Positions 1-9,355 of a DNA stretch of 64,000 bases are shown here, piece after piece (the first letter of the stretch is position 1; each line of letters begins with the position of its first letter). The notes beneath the pieces were generated by a model. That model saw nothing but the letters and a program-made list of their open reading frames with translations. It was not told where the DNA came from and made no database searches. Both the position numbers and the translations under genes were made by a program. Source of the DNA: Candidatus Fermentibacterota bacterium (GTDB lineage: Bacteria; Fermentibacterota; Fermentibacteria; Fermentibacterales; JCC-6); contig CAWJQI010000004.1 in assembly GCA_963845085.1 (NCBI GenBank), positions 576,001 to 640,000 of the forward strand. The letters are read 5' to 3'.

Positions 1-1492
1 CGTGAGAAGCATCGTGATCACCATCAGGGCGGCAAGCGAAAAAGCCGGAGGGATTTGGCCGCCGATGTGCAGCAGAAGGGCGGCGATGCTTCCGGCACCG
101 CCCGTGCTCTCTAGCGCTTCGCCCACGGGAATCAGCGCACCGAGCATCACGATGACGGGCCACTCAATGCTCTCATAAAGCTTTCTCAGGGTCACAAGAC
201 CGGTGAGTACCATTGCCACAGCGGCAATCACGAGGGCGATCTGCACCTTCAGCAACCCCAGCACGACGGCCAGGATCGCTGCCACGAAGATGATCACTGC
301 GGGTGCAATCCTCGGTTTGTCACCGAGTCGAAGCTCCCGCTCCGCCAGCGGCAGGCACCCGAGTGACGTGAACGTATCCTGGATGCCGTCAGCCCCTGCC
401 TGGAGCAGAAGAATGTCGCCGCCACGGAAGCGGATGTCGCCAAGCCTGTGCGTGAGCCTTTTGCCCTGCCGCGCCACGCCAAGCAGGTTTGCGCCGAACC
501 TGCTTCTCATGTCAATGGTTCTCGCGGTCCTCCCCACGATGAACGAATCAGGCATCACAACGGCTTCGTAAAGACCGGTTTTTACCGCGCCAAGAAGATC
601 GTCTCCCCCTTCCGCCCATCTTCAGCCCGCCGTGCTTGGCGAAATCGCCGAGAAGCTCGGGATCCGCTTCAACAACGAGAATGTCTCCCTCCTTTATTAT
701 CTCATGTGCCCTGGGGGCGGGTATCCTGCCACCTTCCCTGACCATGGCGAGGACCAGGATGTCCCACCTTCCGAGGGAGGTGAGTTCATTGAGATGCCTG
801 CCGATGAATCGGGATCCCGGAAGCACCTTCAGTTCGCTGATGTACTCCTCGATGTGGAACAGCTCCCTCTCATTCCTTCCGACCGTCCGTTTCGGCATGA
901 GCCTCCAGCCGAACAACCCGAGCAGGATTACTCCTGCGAGGGCCGCGGAAAGCCCGACGGGAGTGAAGTCAAACATCTGGAAGGGGCTTCCCACGGCCTC
1001 TTCCCTGTACAGGGAGATGATGATGTTCGGGGGGGTGCCGATCAGTGTTGTCATGCCGCCGAGAAGCGAACCGAAGGCAAGCGGCATAAGGTAGAGGGAA
1101 GGGCTTCTGTTGCTTCGCTGGGCGATCCTGAGAGCCACGGGCAGGAAAATGGCCAGCGCACCGACATTGTTCATGAAGCTCGAAAACAGCGTCACGAGAA
1201 AGGTGAGTATGAGAACCTGAAGGGTAAGGCTCTGCCCCATCCGCATCAGGTTTCTGGCAAACACATCGACCACGCCTGAATAGAGCAGACCACGGCTGAT
1301 GATCAGCACCGCCGCCACCGTTATCACAGCCGGGTGGCCGAAGCCCGAAAAAGCCTCGTCAGGATCGACCACCCCGGTCGCCACCAGCACCAGGAGTGCC
1401 ATGACGGACACAACATCGTAACGGATGCTGCTCCTCACGAACATAAAGAGCGCAGCGACGATTACTCCGAACACCACGAACTGCCCTGTCAC
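1..1492 (-). CDS. SLC13/CitT-like permease with TrkA-C (RCK_C) domains; frameshifted near 605-609; runs off the window edge
   Basis: ORF 548-1492 has FMNNVGA and GGMTTLIGTPPN motifs plus the first RCK_C. The second RCK_C (YEAVVMPDSFIVGRT...RFRGGDILLLQ) and the C-terminal helices continue in another frame after a C5 run. Confidence 0.85.
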
Positions 1493-1641
1493 GATGAACC
1501 TCCCATGCGGGCCGGTGCAAACCTACCCCGCTGTCATGGCTCGTGCAAGCGATGGCTTGAGGGGCACGGCGAATGCCTGCCCTTGTAGGGCGGGCCGCCC
1601 GGGCATATGCTTCATGGGGCCAGCCCGGGAGGTGAGTTTCT

Positions 1642-3060
1642 TTGGATGCAGCGCGGCGTGATGAGATCTGTTCCGGCAGGAAGGCGGGGGTGCTCCTTCA
1701 CCCGACCAGCCTCTCCGGCAGGTGGGGGATAGGAACTCTCGGCAGGGAAACGAGCAGCTTCCTGCAATGGGCCGGGGATGCAGGATTCTCATGGTGGCAG
1801 ATCCTGCCCGCAAACCCCACGGGATACGGGAACAGCCCGTACCAGCCCCTGTCCTCGTTCGCTGGCAACCCTCTTCTTGTTTCACCGGAGATCCTTCACA
1901 GAAACGGGCTTCTCACTGACAGGGAACTGGCGGGCGCCGAATACCCGCCCTCACCTGCCGTTGACTGGAAAAACCTTCTGCCGGCGAGGCAGGACCTTCT
2001 CCTGAAGGCTTCAGAAAGAGCACTCAAGCTGAATCCTGCGGGCTATGACGAATTCTGCAGGAGGAACGCCGTGTGGCTTGATCCCTGGTCATCCTACGCT
2101 TCGCTGAAGAGGAGGAACAACGGCGCTCCCTGGAGGGAATGGACGGCTGATGAACTGACTCCCGGCGAATCGGATGCACACCGAATGGTGCAGTTCCTCT
2201 TCCAGCAGCAATGGGACGACATGCTCGCTGAATGTGAGCGGTCCGGCATCGTTCTTCTTGGAGATCTGCCCATCTACACCTCGCTGGACAGCGCGGATCT
2301 GTGGTCCCGTCCGGACCTGTTCGAGCTGGATGCCTCGGGGGCACCCCTGGCGGTCGCCGGTGTTCCGCCGGACTATTTCTCACTCACAGGGCAGCTCTGG
2401 GGCAACCCGCTTTACAGGTGGGATGCGCACAGGCAGGAAGGTTACGCCTGGTGGTCGCTTCGCCTGGGCCGGGCTTTGGAGTTGTGCAACACCGTAAGGA
2501 TCGACCACTTCAGGGGGTTCTGCGACTATTGGGAGATTCCGGCCGGGGCTGCCACGGCTGGCGACGGCATATGGCGAAACGGCCCCGGAAAGCCGTTTTT
2601 TGAGCAGGTATCCCGCAATCTGGGAGTGGCGAGACTTCCCATCGTGGCCGAAGACCTCGGGCTCATTACCCCTGCAGTCCGAGAACTGAGAAAATCCCTC
2701 GGCTTTCCGGGAATGCTTGTCCTGCAGTTCACTCTGGCGGATCCCGCCTTCAGCCCCTCGCTTATCCCCGCGAACACCGTTCTCTACACGGGAACGCATG
2801 ACAATGACACCACGGCCGGATGGATCGAGGCTTCAGGTTCGGGGCTGACCCTCGACGAAGTTGTGGAAACGGCGCTTGGCTCTTCGGCCGGGTTGTGCGT
2901 ATTCCCGATCCAGGACATTCTCGGTCTTGGCAGCGAGGCAAGGATGAACACACCGGGCACTTCGGAGGGCAACTGGAGCTTCAGGCTTGGACCGGTATCT
3001 TTGGGCGGCTTTGCCGCCGCAAAATGGAGAGGGCTGATAGGCTCATCCGCGAGGGCTTGA
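1642..3060 (+). CDS. malQ: 4-alpha-glucanotransferase (amylomaltase, GH77)
   Basis: GVLLHPTSL, SPYQPLSSFAGN, GVPPDYFSLTGQLWGNPLY, RIDHFRG, AEDLG, YTGTHDNDT, RMNTPG motifs. Confidence 0.95.
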   Translation: MDAARRDEICSGRKAGVLLHPTSLSGRWGIGTLGRETSSFLQWAGDAGFSWWQILPANPTGYGNSPYQPLSSFAGNPLLVSPEILHRNGLLTDRELAGAEYPPSPAVDWKNLLPARQDLLLKASERALKLNPAGYDEFCRRNAVWLDPWSSYASLKRRNNGAPWREWTADELTPGESDAHRMVQFLFQQQWDDMLAECERSGIVLLGDLPIYTSLDSADLWSRPDLFELDASGAPLAVAGVPPDYFSLTGQLWGNPLYRWDAHRQEGYAWWSLRLGRALELCNTVRIDHFRGFCDYWEIPAGAATAGDGIWRNGPGKPFFEQVSRNLGVARLPIVAEDLGLITPAVRELRKSLGFPGMLVLQFTLADPAFSPSLIPANTVLYTGTHDNDTTAGWIEASGSGLTLDEVVETALGSSAGLCVFPIQDILGLGSEARMNTPGTSEGNWSFRLGPVSLGGFAAAKWRGLIGSSARA

Positions 3061-3113
3061 CCTGACCCGCCCCTTCCCTGTATTTACATGCTGTAATGGA
3101 CGGGAGGTATCGG

Positions 3114-3716
3114 ATGCATGCTTTGATGTATTTATTTGCTTTAACGGCACAAATTGCTGCCCCTGTTGATGGCGACATCACCAGCGGTGCCACGCCGCTG
3201 ATAATAAACGAGTTCATGGCACTGCCCACAGCTTCGTCCACCCAGCTCAAGGGGCAGTGGGTTGAGATCTACAACAAAAGCAGCGAATGGGTGAACCTTG
3301 CGGGATGGTCCATCGAGAACCACCTCGGCGATGTTCATCTCTTCGCTTCATTCATGCTGCCTCCGGACGGGTACTACGTCGTGGGAGCAAGCAGCCTCCA
3401 TGACGAGAACGGCGGCTACTCACCAAACGGCCTGTGGGCCGACTTTTCGCTCTCCCGGTATGGTGAGGTGACGCTCTACTCCCCTTCGCATGACTACTCC
3501 GACAGGGTCGACTGGGACGTCACCTGGCCTGTCCATGACGGCGCCTCCTGCGAGCGCATCAACCCGGGCTGGGAATCTGGTCTGCCCTCGAGCTGGGGGG
3601 TCTCCATCAGCGTGTTCGGCCTTGGCGACATGGGAACTCCCGGCTGCCAGAACAGCGTCTATTCGAATTCGTTCGTACAGAACAGCTGGGCTTTCATCAA
3701 GGCGTTCATCAACTAG
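3114..3716 (+). CDS. Secreted lamin-tail-domain (LTD) protein with C-terminal SWxxIK motif
   Basis: Signal-like N-terminus after a GGGAGG RBS; LIINEFM...GQWVEIYN...VNLAGWSI and GTPG..N are typical LTD motifs; ends SWAFIKAFIN. Confidence 0.75.
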   Translation: MHALMYLFALTAQIAAPVDGDITSGATPLIINEFMALPTASSTQLKGQWVEIYNKSSEWVNLAGWSIENHLGDVHLFASFMLPPDGYYVVGASSLHDENGGYSPNGLWADFSLSRYGEVTLYSPSHDYSDRVDWDVTWPVHDGASCERINPGWESGLPSSWGVSISVFGLGDMGTPGCQNSVYSNSFVQNSWAFIKAFIN

Positions 3717-3723
3717 AACCCGC

Positions 3724-4215
3724 TCAATCCGGCTTGTTCACGCAGAACTTTCTTGCGGACGGATAACTGTCGAGATCGTACCTTATCAATGTCTCGGGCA
3801 TGTCTATCCTGTCGAGCCTGACATCGGCTTCTCCAAGGAACTGCTCGGCCTGTCCGGCATGGTAGTCGCTGAATATCACGACCCTTCGAATGCCCGTTGA
3901 GACCAGTGCCTTGGCGCATGTAGTGCAGGGCATGTTGGTGACATATGCAGTGGCGCCGTTGAGTGAAACGCCGTTGCGGGCGGCGTGGCAGATGGCGTTC
4001 ATCTCCGCGTGATTGGTTCTGATGCAGTGGCCGTCAACGATCAGGCATCCCACCTCGTCGCAGTGGGGAAGACCGGGAAGTGAACCGTTGTACCCCGTCG
4101 CCAGGACGTGCTTGTCACGCACGATAACGCATCCGCAATGCATTCGGGGGCAGGTGGCCCTTTCGCTCGCAAGCATGGCAAGCTTGAGGAAATACTGGTC
4201 CCAGGATGGTCGCAT
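3724..4215 (-). CDS. dCMP deaminase / ComEB family zinc deaminase
   Basis: RPSWDQYF, TGYNG, HAEMNA and PCTTC zinc motifs. Confidence 0.9.
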   Translation of the reverse strand: MRPSWDQYFLKLAMLASERATCPRMHCGCVIVRDKHVLATGYNGSLPGLPHCDEVGCLIVDGHCIRTNHAEMNAICHAARNGVSLNGATAYVTNMPCTTCAKALVSTGIRRVVIFSDYHAGQAEQFLGEADVRLDRIDMPETLIRYDLDSYPSARKFCVNKPD

Positions 4216-4227
4216 GAATTCTCCTGT

Positions 4228-5709
4228 TCACGGGTTCCAGTCCAGCTGAAGACCTGCTTCTGTTCTGGATGGACCCTCTGTCTGTTCGTAGCCCGACCCG
4301 ATACTGTCCCTGTCGTACCCGTGAAACCTGCTTATTCTGCCCCTCAGCCGCCAGTCCTCCCCGAGGGAAACCGAGATCGACGCCTGAAGCATCGCACATT
4401 TCCCATAGATCGCGCTTGAACCGAATTCGCCGGGAAAGGAAACCTTGTAGATGTAAACCCGTGCACCAAAGCCTTCGGTATCGGCAGCTGCCGCGGAGAG
4501 AGTGGCGTCCATCCCGTTCGATATTGCATGCCTCAGTCTGAATTCCGCCCCCGCGCCGGACGCCGTTGAATCACCGCCAACCCAAAGCGTCGCGGGGAGC
4601 CTGAGGGTGACAGTTGTGTTTCGGCCGGAACTCCAGGTGGCCCCAAGGCATCCCCTATAGGTTGTTTCCCCTTCAGAGGAGGCAACAGTGAGTTTCTGAC
4701 TGAGGCTTGTACGATCGAACGGCGTTTCCTCCGCCTCTGCTGCGGCCTCGACGGATGTTCCGTCGTCACTGTCGATCAACTGGAGTCCGCTCGTTATTGT
4801 CAACCCGTTGCGGGGCTTCCAGCGGATGCCGTATCCTCCCGCAAGGTTGCAGGCCTCACCGAACGGAGTTGATGACCGGATCGACGGGAAGGATGCCGGG
4901 CAGCGCCCGGCACTTACGGAATGCCTGAAAGTGCCGCTTTCACCGAACATCCCGACGAAGAAGGCGATCGGAACACCGCCGTCTTCGAAACCCAGGGATG
5001 CCTCGCCTGAGATCTCCCTGGCGCCGCTGGAAAGGTTGAAGTCGAACCCGGCTCTGCCGAGCAGTTGCGAAGAGTCGGCATTCAATCCGACAAGCACGCC
5101 GGAGACCCCCGCCGAAGGTGTTGAAATGCGGGCATAGCTCAATGTCTCCCTGATGCTTCCGCGGTCAGAGATCTCGGTAATGGATCGGTGAAGCCCGGTT
5201 GAGGACCTGTCGAGGGATGAAACTGCCTGGAAAAGGCATACATCAAATCCTCCCGTGCCGATGAGCACACCCGCGCCACACAGAGGGCGGGCATCGCAGT
5301 CGCCTGGGCTTGTTGCGGGCTCGAGCTCCTCCCTCAGAACAGGAGGCTTTACAAGAGAAAGAGGATCGGCGCCGGATGCCATCCCGCCGTGTGAGACCGT
5401 TATGCCAAGCGCCATCCTCAGCCTCAGGAATCCGGCGGAGACGCTTCGGATGGTTCCCCCTTCCTCCCATCGGAGACCGCCTGCGGCCAGGTCGCCCCAC
5501 TTCTCGCCGGGATCTTTCTCAAGAAGGATGACCCCGCTGAGTTTCCCCGCTTCGAATGCAGTGCGGTGGAAGAAGGCCCATGCATCGCCTGCCCAATGGT
5601 GCTCGATGATGCCCCTGGGGGATGGAAAACGGCGTTCGAGGCGGAACCTGGCATCGGTTCCGAAAACGAGCCATGCGATCATGACAACGGGAAGAACTGC
5701 TCTGATCAT
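4228..5709 (-). CDS. Predicted outer-membrane beta-barrel protein (EKDPGE motif)
   Basis: Start reassigned to ATG 5709 (ATGA overlap with the upstream stop). Signal peptide MIRAVLPVVMIAWLVFG, alternating amphipathic strands, ends EAGLQLDWNP. Confidence 0.6.
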   Translation of the reverse strand: MIRAVLPVVMIAWLVFGTDARFRLERRFPSPRGIIEHHWAGDAWAFFHRTAFEAGKLSGVILLEKDPGEKWGDLAAGGLRWEEGGTIRSVSAGFLRLRMALGITVSHGGMASGADPLSLVKPPVLREELEPATSPGDCDARPLCGAGVLIGTGGFDVCLFQAVSSLDRSSTGLHRSITEISDRGSIRETLSYARISTPSAGVSGVLVGLNADSSQLLGRAGFDFNLSSGAREISGEASLGFEDGGVPIAFFVGMFGESGTFRHSVSAGRCPASFPSIRSSTPFGEACNLAGGYGIRWKPRNGLTITSGLQLIDSDDGTSVEAAAEAEETPFDRTSLSQKLTVASSEGETTYRGCLGATWSSGRNTTVTLRLPATLWVGGDSTASGAGAEFRLRHAISNGMDATLSAAAADTEGFGARVYIYKVSFPGEFGSSAIYGKCAMLQASISVSLGEDWRLRGRISRFHGYDRDSIGSGYEQTEGPSRTEAGLQLDWNP

Positions 5710-6758
5710 TCCACGGTCAGGTAGCGGCTGAGTGTTTCGAGAGTGGAGGGGCCGATCCCGGGAACGGCTATCAGATCGTTCACGCTTCCCACCGGGCCGT
5801 TCCGGGAAAGCCACGCGAGTATGGCGGATGCCTTCGACGGCCCTATGCCCGGAATGGCTTCCAGCTCCCTCGCCGTAGCTGTGTTGACATTGACGGGAAA
5901 CACCACCGGAGGTTCTTCCGACTGCACCACGGAGGGCTGCAGAGGAAGGGGTGAAAAAGCCTGTCTTCCCCATCCGACCTCTCCGGAATGGCTTCCCTGA
6001 AGATCGGGATGGGTGGAATAGCCGTAACTCACTGATACGGAGCCTGCATCGATGCCGATTGAAAAGGAAAGCCTCGGCGGACCGGACAGGCAGCCGATCC
6101 CGAGGACCAGCCCGTCATGCGGGGAAAATGACGAGAACAACGCGTATTCAACACCGGTATACCTGTGATGAGCGGCTGCAGCCGAAACCTGCAGCCCTTG
6201 AACGGGAACGACCCCCGCCGACACATACACTGTTCTCGGGACAGATGGATCTCCGCCGATTTCACTGGAGCAGAGCCCCCTGCAGCCTCCGGCGAGATAG
6301 AGCCCCTCTGCGGGGCGCACCACCACAGCGGCATCGGTGCCTATCGCACAGCGGCTGCCAAAGCCCTCTATCGACAGCCGTCTTCCCGACAGGGCCACGC
6401 CTGCCAGAACACCCCTGGCGAGCCTGAATGCGAAGGCCCCGGCAATGGTGTGCTCGGAGTAGCCCCCGGATGATGTTCCGGAGATAAAACCGCCGGCGGC
6501 AGCACCGAACACCGGTGCGCTGCCCGCCACCGAAACGCGGTGCAGTTCATTGAGGCCGAAGGGGCGGGATGCGCTAATCGAGACGCCCCAGCGTTCAAGC
6601 ATTCCGGGGGCGGCAGGGTTCAGTGAGACAGCCGCGGCTGAACGGGGAAACAGGGCCGCTGCAAAACCGCCCAGCCAGGGGGATTCCTGACAGGGCTCAA
6701 AGGCGCCGGGAACATTCCGGGCAAACAACAATAAAAATGGAAGACATCTCAGTTTCAT
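5706..6758 (-). CDS. Beta-barrel-like protein fused to a C-terminal ComEA-type helix-hairpin-helix DNA-binding domain
   Basis: Signal peptide MKLRCLPFLLLF; SLNPAA and strand-rich N-terminal region; C-terminus VNVNTATARELEAIPGIGPSKASAI...DLIAVPGIGPSTLETL. Confidence 0.75.
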   Translation of the reverse strand: MKLRCLPFLLLFARNVPGAFEPCQESPWLGGFAAALFPRSAAAVSLNPAAPGMLERWGVSISASRPFGLNELHRVSVAGSAPVFGAAAGGFISGTSSGGYSEHTIAGAFAFRLARGVLAGVALSGRRLSIEGFGSRCAIGTDAAVVVRPAEGLYLAGGCRGLCSSEIGGDPSVPRTVYVSAGVVPVQGLQVSAAAAHHRYTGVEYALFSSFSPHDGLVLGIGCLSGPPRLSFSIGIDAGSVSVSYGYSTHPDLQGSHSGEVGWGRQAFSPLPLQPSVVQSEEPPVVFPVNVNTATARELEAIPGIGPSKASAILAWLSRNGPVGSVNDLIAVPGIGPSTLETLSRYLTVE

Positions 6759-6864
6759 ATGCATAAGTACGGCCCGCCGCGCTTGTTTTTCAAGAAGGAT
6801 TGACCTCGAGCGCCCACGGCATAATGATTTGATGTTGGCAAAGGGAGGGTGTGGAGGTGTTTGA

Positions 6865-7779
6865 GTGAGATACGGTTTCGCTTTTATTGTGCTTGTTTTC
6901 TGCTGTTCCGCATTTGCGGGCGGAGTGCCCTGGTCGCATTTCAGCCTCATCGACACACCCAGCGCCCAGCTTCTGCAGCACACCCAGCTCTCCTTCGGCG
7001 CAGTTTTTGCTCCATACTCCCTCGAGGACACATCAGGCGCGTCCTCAACTGAGTTTGCCTACGCTGCCTGTCTTGAGGTCGGCATTTTCAACCGCGGACA
7101 GGTGGGCGTCACATATCTGGGCGAAGGTGGTATCAGCGGGACCGCCCGTGCGCTGCTTCTTCTCGAAACGATCAAAACACCCGGCATCGCAATAGGCTGC
7201 GAGAACATCACGGGTGAGGAGAACTACGAGGCATACTCCTCGGGCGACAGTCTGTACGATTACGGTGAAAGCCAGAACTTCTCCGCCTACGGCGTGATCA
7301 CCAAAGACTTCAGCTACTACCTGAGCGTTCCGATCTGTGCGAGCCTGGGATACGGGATCGGCAGGTTCATCCAGAGAACGGGCTCAGACGACGGCTTCAG
7401 CAACCCTGTCCCCGGTCTTTTCGCAAGCATCATGGTGCACCCCTCCAGAGCTTCCGAGGTTATGCTGGAATGGGATGGCCGCGACCTGAACATCGGCGGC
7501 GAGTATGACGTTACTTCCAACGTCACCGTGAAGCTCGCATTCGCCGAGATTGAACAGAACTTCCGCTCAGAAGAGCTTCGCAACCCTTCCGACCCTGCCC
7601 AGTCCCCCAAGATATCCATCGGGGTCGAGGTCATTCTGGGTCCCCTCTTAAACCGAACCGAGCTGGACCCTTACGAAAGGCTTCGCTTCACCGAGAACGA
7701 CGAAGCCCTCGAGGCGATACGCCGCGAGCGCGAGGATGCACGGCGCAGGATCGAAGAGCTCGAACGCTCCATTCACTGA
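6865..7779 (+). CDS. YjbH-like outer-membrane beta-barrel with C-terminal coiled coil
   Basis: Signal peptide, LIDTPSA motif, LGYGIGRF, MLEWDGRDLNIG strands, charged helical tail. Confidence 0.55.
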   Translation: MRYGFAFIVLVFCCSAFAGGVPWSHFSLIDTPSAQLLQHTQLSFGAVFAPYSLEDTSGASSTEFAYAACLEVGIFNRGQVGVTYLGEGGISGTARALLLLETIKTPGIAIGCENITGEENYEAYSSGDSLYDYGESQNFSAYGVITKDFSYYLSVPICASLGYGIGRFIQRTGSDDGFSNPVPGLFASIMVHPSRASEVMLEWDGRDLNIGGEYDVTSNVTVKLAFAEIEQNFRSEELRNPSDPAQSPKISIGVEVILGPLLNRTELDPYERLRFTENDEALEAIRREREDARRRIEELERSIH

Positions 7780-7798
7780 TCCTCCAGAACGCACCGTC

Positions 7799-7864
7799 TT
7801 GACAAACGGGATTTGCGGCGCAATGCTATTGCGTTGAATAGTTTATTAACAATTAATTAATTTT
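7799..7864 (+). promoter_or_regulatory. Promoter region of the recJ-like gene with palindrome
   Basis: TTGACA at 7799-7804, perfect inverted repeat CGCAAT-GCT-ATTGCG at 7819-7833, then an AT-rich tract. Confidence 0.4.
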
Positions 7865-7879
7865 CGCTCTATCGGAGGC

Positions 7880-9355
7880 ATGGCACTACCAGGCACATTA
7901 GAGTTCGAGCGCGTAATTAAACGCACGAAACTTACGCCCCAGGCTCTTGAAGTTCTGAAGCATCGTTTTGCGGAAACATCCGATCCGGTCAAGAAGTGGC
8001 TTCCGTCAAAACCTCGATGGGAAAGGGCATTACCCGATCTCGATGTTCTTTCGACAGAACTTCAGACACTCAAAAAACGCCGGGGAAAGATCGTTCTTTA
8101 CGGGCACGATGACATGGACGGGATCACCGGGCTTTTCATAGGCCTGAAGATCCTGCGTAACGAGGGCTACACCGTGGTGCCGATCATCCCGAGACGGGAG
8201 ATCGAAACCTACGGGATACGTCCCGGCAGGCTTCAGGGCGTACTTGAGCCGGGCGATCTGCTGCTAACTGTGGATTACGGATGCAGCGCGGTCGAGGGCG
8301 TTGCATGGGCCAGGCGGAACGGGTCGAGGGTTGTCATCACCGACCACCACATGCTCAACCCCCCCCTTCCGGAGGCACACGGAATCATTGACCCCCAGCT
8401 GGCCGGGCCGCCTTCAGCGGACCTTGCAGGCTGCGGGGTTTTGTATGCAGCGCTGACCTCCATCTTCCCGAGGTACGAGAACGACCCCCAGCTTCTCGCA
8501 GCTACCGCACTGGGCACCATCAGTGACAGGGTCGCACTCTCCGAATGGAACAGGTACCTTCTCCACTGCTTCTCCCTGATAAAAATGGAACACCTGACAG
8601 AGGGGTTGAAACTCCTCATGGAGGAATGGCCATGCAGGGAGGGCAACTGGACCGGATCGATGGTTCGCTCCCACATAACCAGTACGATTGGAAAGGGTTT
8701 CAACTCGGGCATTTCGAACATGCTCGACTTCCTTTTCAGTTACGACCGCCACTGGTGCAAGACCCTCTGGAAGCAGATGGTGAAAAGCAGCGAGGAAAGG
8801 GGCCAGCTTCTCAGCGAACTGGTGGGCAGGGCCGTTAATCTCAAAGACCCTGAAGCCGACGCCTTCGGGATGATTTTGGTTTTCATGGACGACATCCCCC
8901 CAGGGATGGGGGGCACGCTCGCAAGCAGGCTGTGCAGGATCCACCGGAGGGGAACCATCGTGGTAACCCGCCGGGAGGACGGAATGCTTGTCGGCGACAC
9001 CCGCTCGGTCGGAGATTGGAACATGGCGGGTTTCCTGGTGAGCATGAGGGATGTGTTCTCGAGCGCGGGGGGCCATTACCGGGCTGCCGGATTCAGCTAC
9101 GAAAGCCCCGACTGGTATGCCCTTCGCGAGCTTCTTCTCAGCAACATGGCGGAATACCCGACCTGTCCGGTCCCCCATCCGCACATCGACCTTCTTCTTG
9201 ATGAACTGCCCGACCCGAGGGTCTTCACCTGTCTCGCCCCCTTCGGGCCGGGTTTCCTGCCCGTCGCCCTGAAAATCTCGAACATGCGCTATCTTCTCCA
9301 GCTTCATCCGAACGGCCAGGTCACCTGGTGCATCACCGAGGACAGCGGGGAATGA
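7880..9355 (+). CDS. RecJ-like DHH/DHHA1 phosphoesterase (ssDNA exonuclease family)
   Basis: YGHDDMDG, TVDYG, ITDHH, LGTISD, GGHYRAAG, APFGPG motifs; divergent. Confidence 0.8.
   Translation: MALPGTLEFERVIKRTKLTPQALEVLKHRFAETSDPVKKWLPSKPRWERALPDLDVLSTELQTLKKRRGKIVLYGHDDMDGITGLFIGLKILRNEGYTVVPIIPRREIETYGIRPGRLQGVLEPGDLLLTVDYGCSAVEGVAWARRNGSRVVITDHHMLNPPLPEAHGIIDPQLAGPPSADLAGCGVLYAALTSIFPRYENDPQLLAATALGTISDRVALSEWNRYLLHCFSLIKMEHLTEGLKLLMEEWPCREGNWTGSMVRSHITSTIGKGFNSGISNMLDFLFSYDRHWCKTLWKQMVKSSEERGQLLSELVGRAVNLKDPEADAFGMILVFMDDIPPGMGGTLASRLCRIHRRGTIVVTRREDGMLVGDTRSVGDWNMAGFLVSMRDVFSSAGGHYRAAGFSYESPDWYALRELLLSNMAEYPTCPVPHPHIDLLLDELPDPRVFTCLAPFGPGFLPVALKISNMRYLLQLHPNGQVTWCITEDSGE

Noticed and set aside
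1561..1578. sigma54-like GGCACG-N4-ATGC upstream of malQ
   Set aside because: GG-N10-GC spacing fits, but the leading T and the TTGC are missing; likely chance in GC-rich DNA
5710..5973. N-terminal extension of ORF 4228-5973 (also extended starts of phoH, vanZ, tldD and the 54879 barrel)
   Set aside because: The extensions overlap neighbouring genes or intergenic signals; downstream starts have RBS, signal peptides or stop-start overlaps
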